Translations under genes and position numbers: made by a program
Shown: in pieces, positions 11,661 through 25,579 of the stretch
Position numbering within the stretch: the stretch's first letter is position 1
How the letters are laid out: each line of letters begins with the position of its first letter
The notes under the pieces: model-generated
What the model was told of the DNA's origin: nothing
The model's input: only the letters and a program-made list of their open reading frames with translations
Databases searched by the model: none
NCBI RefSeq assembly: GCF_009914755.1
Contig: NC_060925.1
DNA from: the human T2T-CHM13v2.0 reference genome, Homo sapiens
Direction: 5' to 3' (one strand)
DNA: 64,000 nt

Positions 11661-12819
11661 GATAAGATCATCATCTTATTCTACAGTTTGCCCTCAGATG
11701 CTGTTCCACTTGAGAAAGTACCAGGAGGAGAACTGAGGTTTCTCTTTCCTGGCTTGGATCTCTCCAAGACAGAATAATTGAGGAAGTCCTTGACAAAATA
11801 AATTGTCCTGGCAGAAGAGAGGCAAAGTTCTAAAGAATAGACGTAGACCTGGAGGAGAAAAAACAGGGACGCCGAAGGAGCCCAGCTGAGGAGGAGGGGA
11901 GGGTGTCCAGCTCCAGAGGAAAGGCTGGGAATTAGATGGAGTAAATCTCTCTCTTTTCCCCTTCCCTCATCACACCCTTCCCACACGATCCATCTAGCCT
12001 CCAGATATACAGAGGAGGTTTGGGGATTTTTCTCCTTCACAGTCAGCAGTATCCAGCATCAAAGCTCCCATTTGCAGAACTCACATGAGCAAGGCTAACT
12101 AATGGCAGTCTGAGCAATGCCAGGCCCTTGCTCATTTCCAGAACTCAGCCAGAAAAGCTGGATATTGGCCTTGATATGGAATGTACTCAGATACCAAGTA
12201 ATTAAATGATTCAGCAGAAACACGCTCTTTGTCAGCCACTCACCTTAGACCTTCCCTGAAGAAAACATAGGCCCCTGCGGTGTCAGAAAGAAAAGCAGCC
12301 TGTGATATGATTAGATTATTGGTTCACCTATAGCCTATGCTATTGGGTTTTGACTCGTACACAGGCAACTCTGTGGACCTGTAAGCTAAGTTAAAAAGGG
12401 AATGGAAAGTATTTACTCTGGCATGTTGATAACAAACCTGTTAATTTCATCTAGCTTTAGATACTGGTGAGAATGGAAAGTGCCAAGCCTGCAACCTCAG
12501 TGACTCCAATTTACACGGTTCCCAAAATAAATAAAATATTTTTTCAGAATATGGGGGAATCTCAGAAAATGTAATAAAAATGCTATGTTCTTTCAGTGTT
12601 CCAGTATTACATATTTTAGAGTACTGAAATCCTGGCATTATTGTTGGTATTATTCATTTATCTCAGTATTTTTTGAGAATAAAAATATGAACGATTTCTG
12701 TCTTGAGACTACCCAGAGAATTACATACCACATTAAAATTTTAAAGGTAATAGAAGTGCATTAGTTTAAAGAGTGTTCTGACCACATTCCTTGCCTGTTT
12801 AAATCCTCCACAGGTGTCT

Positions 12820-13660
12820 TATTGTTATTTTATTTCCTATTTCCTGGATTACTAGGGAGGTTGAGCACATTTTCTTCTATTTATTAGTCATCTGCAGTCC
12901 CAATACCAATTTGGGCATGGATCTACTTGCAGAGGTCTTTGATAGATTGTGCTGGATATTTCTGTATTCCTATAAATATCCTTGAGCTTTATTCTGGAAT
13001 ATAGTTAAGTTATTTGGAAACAGATTTGTCCTTTCAGTTCTGCTTTTAAGATTTGTTTAGCAGGATTGGAGCAGTTACCACTCTAGGTTTTTTGCCTCTA
13101 TTGAAGCAAAAGGGGATTGTGTGTCTATTCAATGCTCCATAGATCTTGAGATTTTTTTCAACCTGGATGGTGGAAGGAGGGACTCTTCTTGGCCCTGTAT
13201 GAGCATCAGGTACTGTTCCCTCTAATACCTTGCACATGGTTCTTCTCTCAGCCTTGGGTAGTTACTTCACCTGCAAGAGCCCATCATCACTCACCATACT
13301 CATGCTAGTTTCTGGATTTTCTTTCTGTACACTCTCTTCTCTCTGGTTCTCTGTCTTAGGAATTCTAGTTGCCTTAATCTCTTCTTGTCTCCATCACCTT
13401 AACTCAAGGAGTCCACCAGATTCTTCCTGAATTCCCCCTCTCTGCTGTGGCCTGGAAACTCCCTCAGGGGAGGGTGCTGGGGGAGTGGTAGGATACACCT
13501 CATCTGTTTCCCATCTCTCAGGGATCACTGTCCTCTTGTCACCTGATGCACAGTGTTTTGCAAACTGTGGTTTCATTTATTTTACCTGTTTTTAGGTTGC
13601 TACGGGTAGGACGGCAAAACTAGTTCTTTACTCCATCTTGACTAAAAGTAGAAGTTGCCC
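12820..13660 (-). mobile_element. Old L1 (L1MC/MD-like) fragments
   Basis: Antisense L1 motifs (gaggttgagcacattttc; tcagggatcactgtcct...gcctgatg...tttcatttattt). Confidence 0.6.
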
Positions 13661-13689
13661 CTGTCACTCTAAAACATGTGTTATTCTTC

Positions 13690-13850
13690 TTTTTAACTTA
13701 GTGTTATCTAATATTATTGCCTGCCCCCCTCATCATGCTGTAAGCTCCATGAGGGAAAGTACTATGTCTGTTTTGTTTTCTGTTGCCTCCCCAGCACCTA
13801 TAACATTGCCTGACACATAGTAGTACTCATTAAATATTGAATGACTGCAT
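13690..13850 (+). mobile_element. L2 3' end
   Basis: tgtaagctccatgaggg...ccccagcacctataacattgcctgacacatagtagtactcattaaatattgaatga. Confidence 0.8.
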
Positions 13851-16639
13851 GAAAGCTAGACCAGGATGGAGATCATGAGAAAACTTGAATGATGAACAGG
13901 AAAATTGAACAGATTTTGCTGAGAGTGGAGGCTCCTATTCTGAAACCAGAAGAATGTAGGCCAAGTTCTATTCAATTGCAAAGTGAGGATCTTGAGCACT
14001 GCAATGCTGGTGACTTTACTCAAGCTAGTCTGTCTGTAAATCTGCCAAAGCTCTTGGCAGATTAGGTCACATTTTTGGAATCTGCTTGGAATTCAGGAAC
14101 ATGGCGGTCATAATGAATCATGATTTTGACCCTTCCTCTTAATCTGATTGGCTCTAAGCCCTTAACAAATATTAATTATGTCTCACAATGGAATTGCCAC
14201 CCTGACCTCTTTTCTTAGACTGCTAACACTGGATACTGCAGTGTTCAGCCCTCCTATCCCATAATAACGTGCCTACTCCTCCTTCCCAAAAAAGGAAAGG
14301 ATAGGGTAGTGTTTCTATCAACATCCTTAAATTATTTAGTCAGTATCCTAAAGATGGACTTGACAATTGAACAATTTTCTTAAAAACCTCACTTGGTAAT
14401 TGCAAAAGCCTGTCTACTGTTTTTTCTGACTCTAGTCTCCAAGACAGTCCTCTGAGGTACAGGAAAAAATTTTAGAAATCACAGCTACATTTAATTTTTG
14501 TCTTTTCCTTTTGTTATTATGGTAAGTCAGGTATATAATTTACAAAGACACATATATTAGGACTACATGCTCGAAGTCCTTACCGATGAAGTATACAATA
14601 AAAAATGTTTGGACATCACAGATCTCATCTCTGAATTCCCTGTAGTTAAGGCTGGCTTACTCTTCCTGTGAGGCACCTCTAATTGTGCCTCTTTCTTCTG
14701 CAAAACAAACAAAACCTCAACACCTCTGAGGCTTAAGTATAAGAAAACTTTTGCAGCAAGCTGAAGTTGAAAAGAAGGGAGTTTTTCTATGTAGATTCAA
14801 AATCCAGTCTGCAATTGTTTGTTAGTCCCCACATTTATGTAGCACATTGTAATTGTGTACTGCACTGAATATGGCTACAGGGCTTCTGATTTCAGAAGAA
14901 CATGAGTCTGCTCTCAGCCAAGATTTGTATATATTTAGTTCTCTGTGAAGCCTCTCAGGTCCACTAAATTATGGACCCAGAACAAGTACGAGGCCATGAA
15001 TATTTCCTAGGTGCCATGTTAGCAGACTGAATTGCTAAAGAGATTATAGAAATAACAAACTTTAAATATATGAAGTTATTTACCATCAAAGTAGTTTACA
15101 GAAGTAGCAATAGAGTAAAAATGAATCTACAATACACTGTGTGGGGTGTGTCTGTGTGTAGGGGTTGGGGCAGGGAACACCAAAGTGCCAGACACATGAA
15201 TGAAGAAGATATTTTGGAAGAGGAACCTTTGGCCCTGGCCTCCCCATCTGACACCAAGTAGACTAGAAATGAACTGCTCAGTTGAGCCTTTACTGAATTC
15301 CTAACACACACACACACATGCACATGCAACACACACTCATGAACAAAGTAAAAAGGTTATTTTACTTCTCTAAGTTTTGGGATAGCAGACCTGAGAGTTG
15401 TACACATCATCTGAATACCTGGCTCCAACTCTACCTGCAGCAGGACTACCCCTGGGTTTTTCAGTAAGCCAGTCCATTGCTTTCAGTGTGCTCAGGCTAG
15501 CACAAGTGGAGTTTCTGTCCTTTGCATCCAAAAGAATTGGGAATAATGCAATAGCACTCTCTCTTTTAACTCAGGTGCAAAAGCTTCAGCTAATCATTTT
15601 TCTCAGTTGGTGACTTATGCTCATTTTTGATCTGTGCAATGGCCATCTCTTATTTGATTGATTGATTGATGGTTTTCTTTTTTTTTTTTTTTTCAAGGCT
15701 TAGATCTGCTATTTCTCTCCCAAGGATATTTATGCTGATGGTTTTCATTCATATCCTTTTTATGCTGTTCCTACCCCATTCCTTTCCTGCTCGTAGACAT
15801 TCTAAGTCTAATGTATATCTAATTTTTATATACATCTTTTTATTTGCATGTGTCCTTACAAAACATATAAAATTTATTTTTGTGTTATTTTAATGGTACT
15901 GTATACTCTATGTAGGAAGAATACTTATGAATTCTTCAAATTAAATGTCATGGTGGTCTACAATTTTCTTCCTAAGTTATAGATTTCTTCTCTAAGAAAT
16001 ATACATCCTAATAGTGTCTATTTTTCTTGACAATTGTTTTGTCTTCTTGGCATTTTAAAAAAGAACTTTTATTCTCTGAATACCTACTTCTTCAGCCCCA
16101 CTGATTGATTCCACATATATACTTTATTTTTTAATAGTAAATATTCTGGTTATATGGGTACGGTATCTTCTCATCTCTTTGAAAGTATTAATTATATATT
16201 GGACTTTTTTCCTATTCTTTCTATTGTCTTTATTGTTTCTTTTGCATTTCCTTTCTTCTGTGTGTTTTAAAACCTTCTTTTTATCTGTGTCTTTCATGTT
16301 AGCAGCTTTGCTTAAATGTTGACTGATTCTTGGCTGATTCTAATTGGAACCCCTTTGTGTGTCCAGATCTTACGGAGTGGTGACAATAGGTAATAGAGCA
16401 GAGATTTGGCTATTTTGTCTTCAGAACTCTATTGGTTTCTACAGATTTCTTCTCTAGGGCTAGTCAGATACCCCCAAAAGGAGATCAGATACCCCACTTG
16501 GGGTTAAGGGGAGGATTTAAGCCTGGCTGCCAGCCTTCCAGGAGTCTGGATGTCTCATCATGGTTTTTGCTTGTTTTTAAGGCAGATATTCACTTAATCT
16601 TCTTGTTTTCAGTACAGTACTCTGTATTCTACTGTTTGA

Positions 16640-16780
16640 TCATTCACTTATTCATTAAATATGTATTGAGTGTCCCCTTAATACTTTGTGCCAGGAACAG
16701 TTCTAGGTGCTTGGGGATACACTAGCAATCAAAACAGATGAAACTCCCTGTCCTCATGGAGCTTACATTCTAATAGGATA
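16640..16780 (-). mobile_element. L2 3' end
   Basis: tcattcacttattcattaaatatgtattgagtg...tgtgccagg...ggggatac...cctcatggagcttacattcta. Confidence 0.8.
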
Positions 16781-16893
16781 CATGTCCAGTGTTCTGCCAG
16801 GGTTAAGAGAGGGATGAGTGGCTGGCTGCAAAAGGAAGTAGCAGAAATCTGGAGTTCCAAGGGGCCCTCATAAAGACTTTCAACCAGTCTTCC

Positions 16894-17278
16894 TGCTATG
16901 GTTTGGATATTTGATCCTTCCAAACCTCATGTTGAAATTGGATCCTCAATGTTGGAGGTGGGGTCTAATGGGAGGTGTTTGGATCATGGGGGTGGATTCC
17001 TCATGAATAGATTAATACCCTCCTTGGGAATGAGTAAGTTCCCTCCCTATTAGTTCCCATGAGACCTGGTTGTTAAAAAGAGCCTGGCACCTCCCCCAAC
17101 TTCTCTTGCCTCCTCTCTCGTTATGGGGTCTCTGTATTCAGCCTGAGGCCCTCACCAGAAGCAGATCCCCAATCTTGAACCTTCCAGTCATCAGAATTGT
17201 GAGCAACTAAACCTTTTTTCTTTATAAATTACCCAGCCCCAGGTATTCCTTTATAGCAACATAAAACAGACTAAGACA
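16894..17278 (+). mobile_element. MaLR solo LTR, MSTB-like
   Basis: Starts tgctatggtttggatatttg and ends gactaagaca; 5-bp TSD cttcc/cctcc. Confidence 0.9.
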
Positions 17279-18124
17279 CCTCCTGTTTTCAGCTTCAGCC
17301 TACATTCCTATTTTCAAAAGTGCCTGATGCTTCTAATCTCTGAGCCTTTCTGGGTTTTAGTGGAATAAGCTAGCTTGCTTTTGTTGGCATTCCCCCTAAC
17401 AGACTGAATTACTAAAGAGACATTTAGTAATTCAGATTACTAAATATTCTAGATATTTGGATTTCAGTTTTCCTTGTTCTGCTAAGCCAGTTGCCTTGCC
17501 ACTTGGATGTTCATCTACTTTCCATCTCTTGTCTGCTCTGGTCCTCTCTCATTTTCCTCCTTCTATAGACTTATACCTTTTTGTTTTTCATTTAATGTTA
17601 TTTTAATGGGATTTTTTTTAAAAGGAGGAATAGAGATAATCCTGTGTTTGGTCAACTGTGTTTAACCATGTGCCAGCAACTTTCTATATAGGCACAAAGT
17701 TATTTGCTTGACGGGTAAAAAGCGGGGGCAGCCTGGGTAATGGTAGTATCAGATTCTGATTTCTTATAGTCACATCTTTGTCAAGATGTATTGTCTGAAT
17801 TTAGGATGAGATCACAGAAAGGTACATAAGCATCAATGTTTCTAGGCCTCCCAGTATTATGGCTCATTTTCTTCCTTTCTCTCTTTTTCTTTCTCTCTCT
17901 CATTGACTTGCTTTCTCTTTGTTCTTAGAACATGTTTTATTTAACTTTCTTCTCCCTCAAATTACATTTTTATTTTCTCTTCTATTACTGACTTTCACGT
18001 TATCTCTTATTTTAAATCAATGTAGAGAGAATGTTTTTGACTAAATTTCTAGTCATTGCATGCATGTATTGTGATTTACAGAATAAAAGAGTGTTTTTTA
18101 AAGAATTGAAATGATAGGAACACT

Positions 18125-18250
18125 AGCGGCAAACATTAAACGCTTACTGTGTGCAAGGCACTATCCTAAGAGCTTTATACGCATTGCCTTATGAAATCTC
18201 TATTATCACCTTATGAGGTATCATTTCCACTTTATGGATGAGATATCAAG
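18125..18250 (-). mobile_element. MIR fragment
   Basis: aaacatt...gcttactgtgtgcaaggcact...ccttatgaggta...ccactttatggatgag. Confidence 0.7.
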
Positions 18251-19165
18251 TCTTACTACCTTATTTTATAAAATCTAAGCTAAGAGAGAGTAAAAACTTG
18301 CTAAAATTCTTATAGCAAATGAGTGAAATTATAAAAATATTCATGAAATGAACATGTTTTATTTATTATTAGAATTATATGTATTCCTCATTAGGAGTTT
18401 GAAGTGGGGTTTGGTACCCCAAACCTTTAAGGCTCCCTGCTGAGGGAGCCACTTATCTAAAGATCAATAGCTAATTACAAGACAAAAAACCAGATGTATT
18501 TGATAGAATGGCAGAGATTGTCTTGTTAGCTGTGCTGGAGGGTTGAGTCCGGAAGCCAACATGGAGTTTTCTGCTCCCTTGAGTGGGGACTGGCTGAGTC
18601 TAGAATGGTTAGGCCTGCACAGCAGGTTCTAATCCACTGACCTAACCAGCTGTGCAGTAGAGAAAGGCTGGCTTGCCTCACCCACACCACTGCAGACCAG
18701 AAAGCTGGGCAGAGAGCACAAGTATTGCTAGGCCTCCCTCAAGGAGACAGCTTGTGTCTAGGTGAGATTCTCATAGGGGAACAGGATGGGGAAATGGGCC
18801 CACTGCACATGGGCGCATGTGGTAGGAGAGGACACAGGACACAGACAAGGCAGGCATCAGGAAGTGATCCAGTGTGAGCCAGGTGCCATCCACTGGGATT
18901 GGCATCCTCTTGCTTCCTCCTTGGGGATCTGTGAGTTGGTCTCTAGAAGTATGGGCAGAAATGTTCTTTCTCCTAGAAGCTGGGTGGAAGCGTTCTTTTT
19001 TCTATGGGTTAAGGTGGAAGTGTGAGAAGAGAAAATAGGTTCCCTTCTTAACATTTCTATTTAGATAAAAATTTAAACATTGCTTATGGCTAGTTCTGTA
19101 TTCTAAATTCAAAACAACTTTTTTTTTTTTACTATTGAATTATCTGAATTATTTTTTCTGTTTAT

Positions 19166-19481
19166 TTATATGTTTATTTATTTTTTGAGATGGAATCTTG
19201 CTCCGTCACCAGGCTGGAGTGCAGTGGCGTGATCTTGGCTCACTGCGACCTTGGCTAACTGCAACCTCTGCCTCCTGGGTTCAAGCAGTTCCCCTGCCTC
19301 AGCCTCCCGAGCAGCTGGAATTACAGGCACGCACCACCACGCCTGGCTAATTTTTTGTATTTTAGTAGAGACAGGGTTTCACCGTGTTTTCCAGGATGGT
19401 TTCAATCTCCTGACCTTGTTATCCACCTGCCTCAGCCTCCCAAAGTGCTGGGATTACAGGCGTGAGCCAATGCGCACAGCC
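19166..19481 (-). mobile_element. Alu, AluSc-like, with internal 16-bp tandem duplication (19234-19265)
   Basis: Alu consensus; TSD tattttttctgtttat on both sides; cttggctcactgcgac/cttggctaactgcaac duplication. Confidence 0.93.
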
Positions 19482-20489
19482 TATTTTTTTCTGTTTATAA
19501 TGCATTCAGATGTTTTTTTCTTCTATTTTGTCTTTTAAATCGATGCTGATTGCAACCCACTCAGGGTTACTTGACCCACTAATGAGTCAGGACCCTTAAT
19601 TTGAAAACACTCATCTAGGAGACTTGTTGACATAATTTTGGAGCAAAAAGCTGTTCTTATTTGTAAAACATATAAGTGGCCCTTTGTTATTACATAGAGC
19701 AAGAATTAGGGCCTAGATTAGACAGGACTGGTGGAGACAAGATGCACAGTTTAGTAAAACTGCAAAGGATGATAAAATTTAAAAGATACTCTTCTTGGGT
19801 AGAGAGATTATTTTGAAGTTAACTGAGTCTTATTTTCCTGTGAGTGGTATGAAGGTAGTGCCAAAGATGCGATGTTAGGGAAAGACAAAGACTCTGAGGA
19901 GAATTGAAGGGAACACTTTGATCTTAATGGAAGCAGGTCCAGTACTGAGGTTCAAATCAGTGACAGCTAAGGAGGCTTTGACTGTTACCAGGGATTGGTC
20001 TATGGATACCAGGAGCAGCAATGTCTAACATTGGGTTTTGAGTAGTACTCTTGCAGTGCATCATAATTACCCCAAGATATCCTCAAGTCTTTAGTGAGGC
20101 TGGTTAATCACTACAGCCCAGCATCAGGCTAGTGACTAAGGGAAGGAAAGGAAAAGTTGAGTCTGTAGTTGAGATACCAATACAGTGTACCAGTACAAGA
20201 CAAGACAAGACAGTGCAAGTCAAGACAGTAGCTAATAGCCTATAGCAGCAGTTATGAGATGGTAAGAAGAGACAAGCAAACCTGGATGGGGAAGCTATCT
20301 TGAATGCAAGGTGGCAAGTGCTAACAAAAGATGTGTATCTTTATCAGGAAGCCTACGTCTTCTTCAGGAATCCTTTTTTGGAAGGCAGTACTTTTTTAGA
20401 AGGGTGGTTGGATTTCTTGCTGTCACAGAGGTTTAGGGACTTGATTTATTTATTTAATTATTTCTAGATTTTAAAGAAATTGACTGTGC

Positions 20490-20920
20490 CCTAAATCTTG
20501 TTTTCCCCACTAGATCCTGCTCTGTGCCCCAGCAGCCTGACCAGCGTGGACTGCACCAATGGGCTCCCTTGTCCTCTAGCTTCTGGCAGGGTTTGGCCAA
20601 TGGGAGGAAATCAAAGAATAAGAGATTGGGATATTTATTGCCCTAATTTCTTCCCAGCTGGGTGTCAGTGGGTTCACTGCATCTCCCCAGTGAAAGCCAT
20701 AGCTCCTATCAGATGGCCGTCTCCACACAGCTAAACTCCCCCTCTTCTGGTAACCCTTACCTCTTCAGGCCTAGGGTGGTAATGGTTCCCCTTCTTGCTA
20801 GCTTCTAGATACTACGTTATTATTTGCTGGTTTCCCTGAACACTGTCCAATCTTTGTAAGTAGCCACTATTAAACTTTCATCAAATTAATGATCTGTTTC
20901 CTGCCAGACAGTACTGAGAT
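20490..20920 (+). mobile_element. ERVL LTR, LTR33-like
   Basis: cctgctctgtgccccag...ggactgcacc..tgggctcccttg.cctct.gcttc...gggtttggccaatgggagg; 3' attaaact...tctgtttcctgc. Confidence 0.7.
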
Positions 20921-21341
20921 TAGACTCAGGAAAGAGAGGTCTCCTCTATCATGGCTCTTTAGCGTGGACCCCATGCCTTACAGAGCCCACTAATCAAGAT
21001 GAATGAGTGGAGAAACCTTTGGAAATGTCTTAAGGAATGCACAAGGACCTCTTTCACTTGAATCTGATGCTCAGTCCTGGCTTAGTACAACCTGCATTCA
21101 TAAACATGTGCTTTCATGACTAACACTGCTCACGCTTTAGGGGAAATGTTTTTCCACATCTCTTTCCTGTGTCCTCAATACAAAAGGCCAGTATGTCTGG
21201 ATGTTGTGAGGGTGTATGGCTCATGCTACTGCCAATGTTGGAGATGGGCACTGTTTTAGCATGTGGAGATTTGAGTGATAGAAGCACTTAGGATGAGAAA
21301 AAAGACAGTTTGTCAAATCGTTTCTCTCATTAATATAGTGA

Positions 21342-21725
<384 letters not shown>

Positions 21726-21729
21726 TAAA

Positions 21730-22610
21730 ATATTTTTTAATTGAAATTTTTATTGAGTTAAAAATTTTTTATCTTATAGCACACAATTGTGAGAAATAAT
21801 ATAAAAAGATCTCATGTGCTCTTTTCCTGGTTTTCCCCAGTGGTGACTTTTGCAAAGCTGTAGTATAATATTATGACCAGGACATTGATGCTAATATAGT
21901 CAAGATATAAAACATTTACATCATCACAAGTATTCGTAATGTTTCTTTTTATAATCACACTCCCTTCCACCATGTCCTGAAACCCTGGCAATCAGTAATC
22001 TGTTCTTCATTTCTAAAATTTTGTCACTTCAAAAGTTGTTATGAAAAAGGAATAATACATTATGTAACCTTTGGGAAACAGGCTTTTTTTTTCACTCTAC
22101 ACAATTCTCTGGAGATTTATCCAAGTTGTTGTGTTTATCAACAGTTGATTCCTTTTTTATTGTTGAGTAGTATTCCATGGGATGGATGCACTAAAGTTTG
22201 TTTAACCATTCACTCACTGAATGATATATGGACTATTTCTGTTTTTTGACTGTTATCAACAGAGCTGCCATAAACATCTGTGTACAGGTTTTTGTATGAA
22301 CGTAAGTCTTAATTTCTCTGGGACAAATGTATCTGAGTACGTTACTGGGTATGGTAGTTGCATGTTGAGTTTAAAAGAAATTGCCAACTGTTTTTCAGCA
22401 TTGCTGAAACATTTTACATTCCCATCAGTAATTTGTGGATGATATAGTTTCTCTGCATCCTCATCAGCATGTGTTGTTGTCATTATTTTTTATTTTAGCC
22501 ATTTTGATAGAAGTGTAATAGTATCTCATCATGTTTTAAATTTGCAATTCCCTAACAATGTTGAACATCTTCTTATGTGCATTTTCTATCTGTGTACCTC
22601 TGGTGAAATG
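21730..22610 (-). mobile_element. L1 (L1MC-like) 3' region
   Basis: Antisense L1 3' UTR and ORF2 end; the minus-strand ORF 22256-22483 resembles the ORF2 C-terminus. Confidence 0.8.
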
Positions 22611-22949
22611 CCAACAAGGATTTTTAATAAACCATGTGTTAAAAGAATGTAGGGGGTAGTAGTAGTAGTATTCATAATAGTAGTAATATTGTTCATAGCA
22701 TGATTTCTATCTCTCTACCTTAAAAAAAAAAAAAACCCCTGTATATAACACTCTGTGCTAGGCACCAGGGGTACAAAGGTAAATTGAACAGATGTGGCTG
22801 TTTTCCTCATGGAACTTATAATCTTGAAGTGGGTGAGGAGTTAGAAAACTTAGAAAAAATAAACACACAAAAGTATATAAAACAAACACAAAAAGTATGT
22901 GCCCTGAAAGAAAAAAACAACCAAACAAAAAAACCAAATGTCATAAAAA

Positions 22950-23510
22950 AAAGAATAATGGAGACTCAATTTATATTGAGAGTCAAGAATTTTCAAATTT
23001 TACCTGAAAAATGGGGAGGTAATATTCAAGTGCAGTGGGAGCAAGGGGAACTCAGCCCAAGAGAGCAGCACGTGTGAAGATCCTGAGGCAGGAAAGAGCT
23101 GAGGATGTTGTAGAAACCCAAAGAAGGGTAGTGTAGCTGGAATGTAGAGTAGCAGTGGAGGAGTGAGATGAGGTGAGTTTAGCAGTATGGGTAGGGCCCA
23201 GACCAGAAACAGAGAAATTGTATTAGTCCAAGCAAGAGATGGTACCAGGGGATGGACAGAGAAGTGGATAGTTCTGAGGTGTATTTTGGAGATAGAGTTG
23301 ACAAGACATGATGAGAAGCTGTGCAGGAGAGGAGGGAGAGGAAGATGGAAGTATCAAGAATGACTCCCAGGTTCCTTGATTGAAAAACCTGGTTGATGGA
23401 GGTGACTTTAGCAAGATGGTGGAAACAAGAGGAGGACTTGGTTTGTATGGAGAGGTCGGCAGTGGATAACAGTCCTATTTTTAGGTGAACATAAATTCTG
23501 AAGCCTGATG
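22950..23510 (-). mobile_element. L2 fragment
   Basis: gtcaagaatgactcccaggtt-like and gagaagtggatag..tgaggtgtattttggagatagag motifs. Confidence 0.7.
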
Positions 23511-23679
23511 CATGTCTACGAAACGAATAAACCCTATTTAATTGCATAGTACAAACAAGAGTCCTACAGCTGAGGCTGAAATAGCTGAGGCTGAAAGAGA
23601 CAACTCAAGTTCAACATACATCACCCTTCCCTTTGTTTTTAAAATTGCTCATGAATATTTTTTAAAAGTATTGGCTGGG

Positions 23680-23698
23680 TGTCCACCAGGTGGCAACA
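23680..23698 (+). promoter_or_regulatory. Candidate CTCF site
   Basis: TGTCCACCAGGTGGCAACA matches the core CCASYAGRKGGCR. Confidence 0.45.
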
Positions 23699-24009
23699 TT
23701 TCTTTAAAAAAAAGCCCAGATTTAGAAGCCATACCTTCTTAGCTACATCAAAGTGGATTCTTGAGGGCCACACAACCAGAGTCTAGTCAAAATCACTGAA
23801 AGTGCAGCCCACCCTGCTGAGTTCTTCTCTTAATATGCATAGGTGGAGGCAGTTTTATGAGCAAGATCCTTCTGTGGCCTCTTACAAGAAGGCTCATGTG
23901 TGTCAGTGTGTACCTATGTGCATGTACTATCTAAGACTTATATCATATCATGAAAAGCCCTTTAATCCTAAAGGTACTTAGTGCAAGCAACTGAGTAACA
24001 TTGGAAGCC

Positions 24010-24175
24010 TTAGATAACCTCTCTGAGCCTCTTTCTTCATCTGTAGAATGTTGTATACGTATTAGTACCAACTTCTTTGGGGTGTGAGTGTGAACTTAGA
24101 TAATGCATGCCTATAATGTATCTAGCACAGTCCTGGGACAAAGTAAGCACTTAATACATGGTAGCTCTTATTATT
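24010..24175 (+). mobile_element. MIR fragment
   Basis: aacctctctgagcctc..tcttcatctgtagaatg...cacagtcctggg...agtaagcacttaata. Confidence 0.75.
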
Positions 24176-24875
24176 ATTTCCACAGTGACCTTTATCCCCA
24201 CTTTCCCTGCTCCAAGACTCTATTCTTTGCCAGCCTTAGTTGTGGGCAGCCTGCCAGGCATGATCTAATCAGTGAAGCACATGAGTCATGAGAGGATGAC
24301 TGACTCCCTTTCAGGTTCTCTTAGTACTTGGCTCCTGGAAGGTGCTCCTCCTTGATAATCCTTCCTCCCAACTGCATTGACATAGATGGAGTCTTTCTGC
24401 TATTGACTGGTCTGATTGGACAGGCAAGCCATGAAGATGGAGAGGGAGGAAGCTCCTGAATGGAATGTGGCTGCCGGAAAATCAGCCCCCTCCTAATACA
24501 CTGCAATGAATTAAATTACTCTCTATTTAGTAGCTTTTCCTCATCTATTGGAACATGTACAATTGCTATCTGTTATGATCATGTATTCCCAGCCTTTCAG
24601 GTGGGATAGGTCCAAGCACTCATTTTGTTTGGAGCTTCACACAGTATGAATATAGCACAGATTTACCTAGGGAAGAAGTTGACTTGATGCTAGTGCCTGT
24701 GATTCAGCCACAGGGAATATTTATACAGCAAAGCCAGCCAGCTGTCCCCACTGTATTTATCTTCTTCCCCCTTTCCTACTAGCTCAGGCCACCAGATACT
24801 TCACTTTCTTTTATCAAAGTCTAAAATATTTGGGTGCTTTAAAAATAGGTTTTCAGAAATGTTACCAATTAACAC

Positions 24876-25183
24876 TATATATATATATATATATATTTTT
24901 TGTGACAGGGTCTGCTCTGTCACCCAGGCTCAAGTGCAGTGGCACAATCATGGCTCACTGGTGCCTTGACCTCCCTGGGCTGAAGTGATCCTCCCGTCTC
25001 AGTCTCTCGAGTAGCTGGGACCACAGGTGCATGCCACCACACCTGGAAAATTTTCTTTTTTTTTTGTAGAGACAAGATCTCCCTGTGTTGCCCAGGCTGG
25101 TGTCAAACTCCTGGGCACAAGGATCCTCTTGCCTTGGCCTCCCAATGTGCTGGGATTACAGGCATGAGCCACCGTGTCTGACC
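24876..25183 (-). mobile_element. AluJ with (TA)n-converted tail
   Basis: caatcatggctcactg..gccttgacctcc.tgggct.aagtgatcctccc (J-type); TSD aattaa(c/t)actat. Confidence 0.9.
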
Positions 25184-25579
25184 TAATTAATACTATTATT
25201 ATCTAATCACATTGATTTTCAGTGGGGGCTTTCTATTTCATGTGGGGGCTTGCGAGGGGAGGGTAATAAGGGTATGGTGAGAAATGGATAGGAAATGTAC
25301 CTTTATCGTAGAGGGAAGGAAACAGTTTTTTTGGTCTTTCACCTGTATTGCGAGTAGCAAAACATGTTCATGTTTTCAGTCTATGTGAGAGATTGCTAAG
25401 CGAGCAGGGTGTTAAAATGTGGTCATGTGGAAAGCAGGTTGTCATTCTTCCTCACACGTGCACAGCGTAGCTCAGTTTATAAGGCACACTATTTCATTGG
25501 CCTTTTATGTAAATTTTATATTGTAGGCAGGGTTGTTTCCTACATTTTTCTTCAACTGATGCTCAGAAATATCAGGCAA

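Larger units (their letters stand above)
15930..17680 (-). mobile_element. Old L1M remnant interrupted by L2 and MST elements
   Basis: T-rich antisense L1-like sequence on both sides of the L2 (16640-16780) and MST insertions. Confidence 0.5.

Noticed and set aside
23568-23596. Short tandem duplications here and at 27551-27576, about 38767-38798 and 51649-51736
   Set aside because: Ordinary slippage-type microduplications, mostly inside old repeats, with no higher-order pattern.
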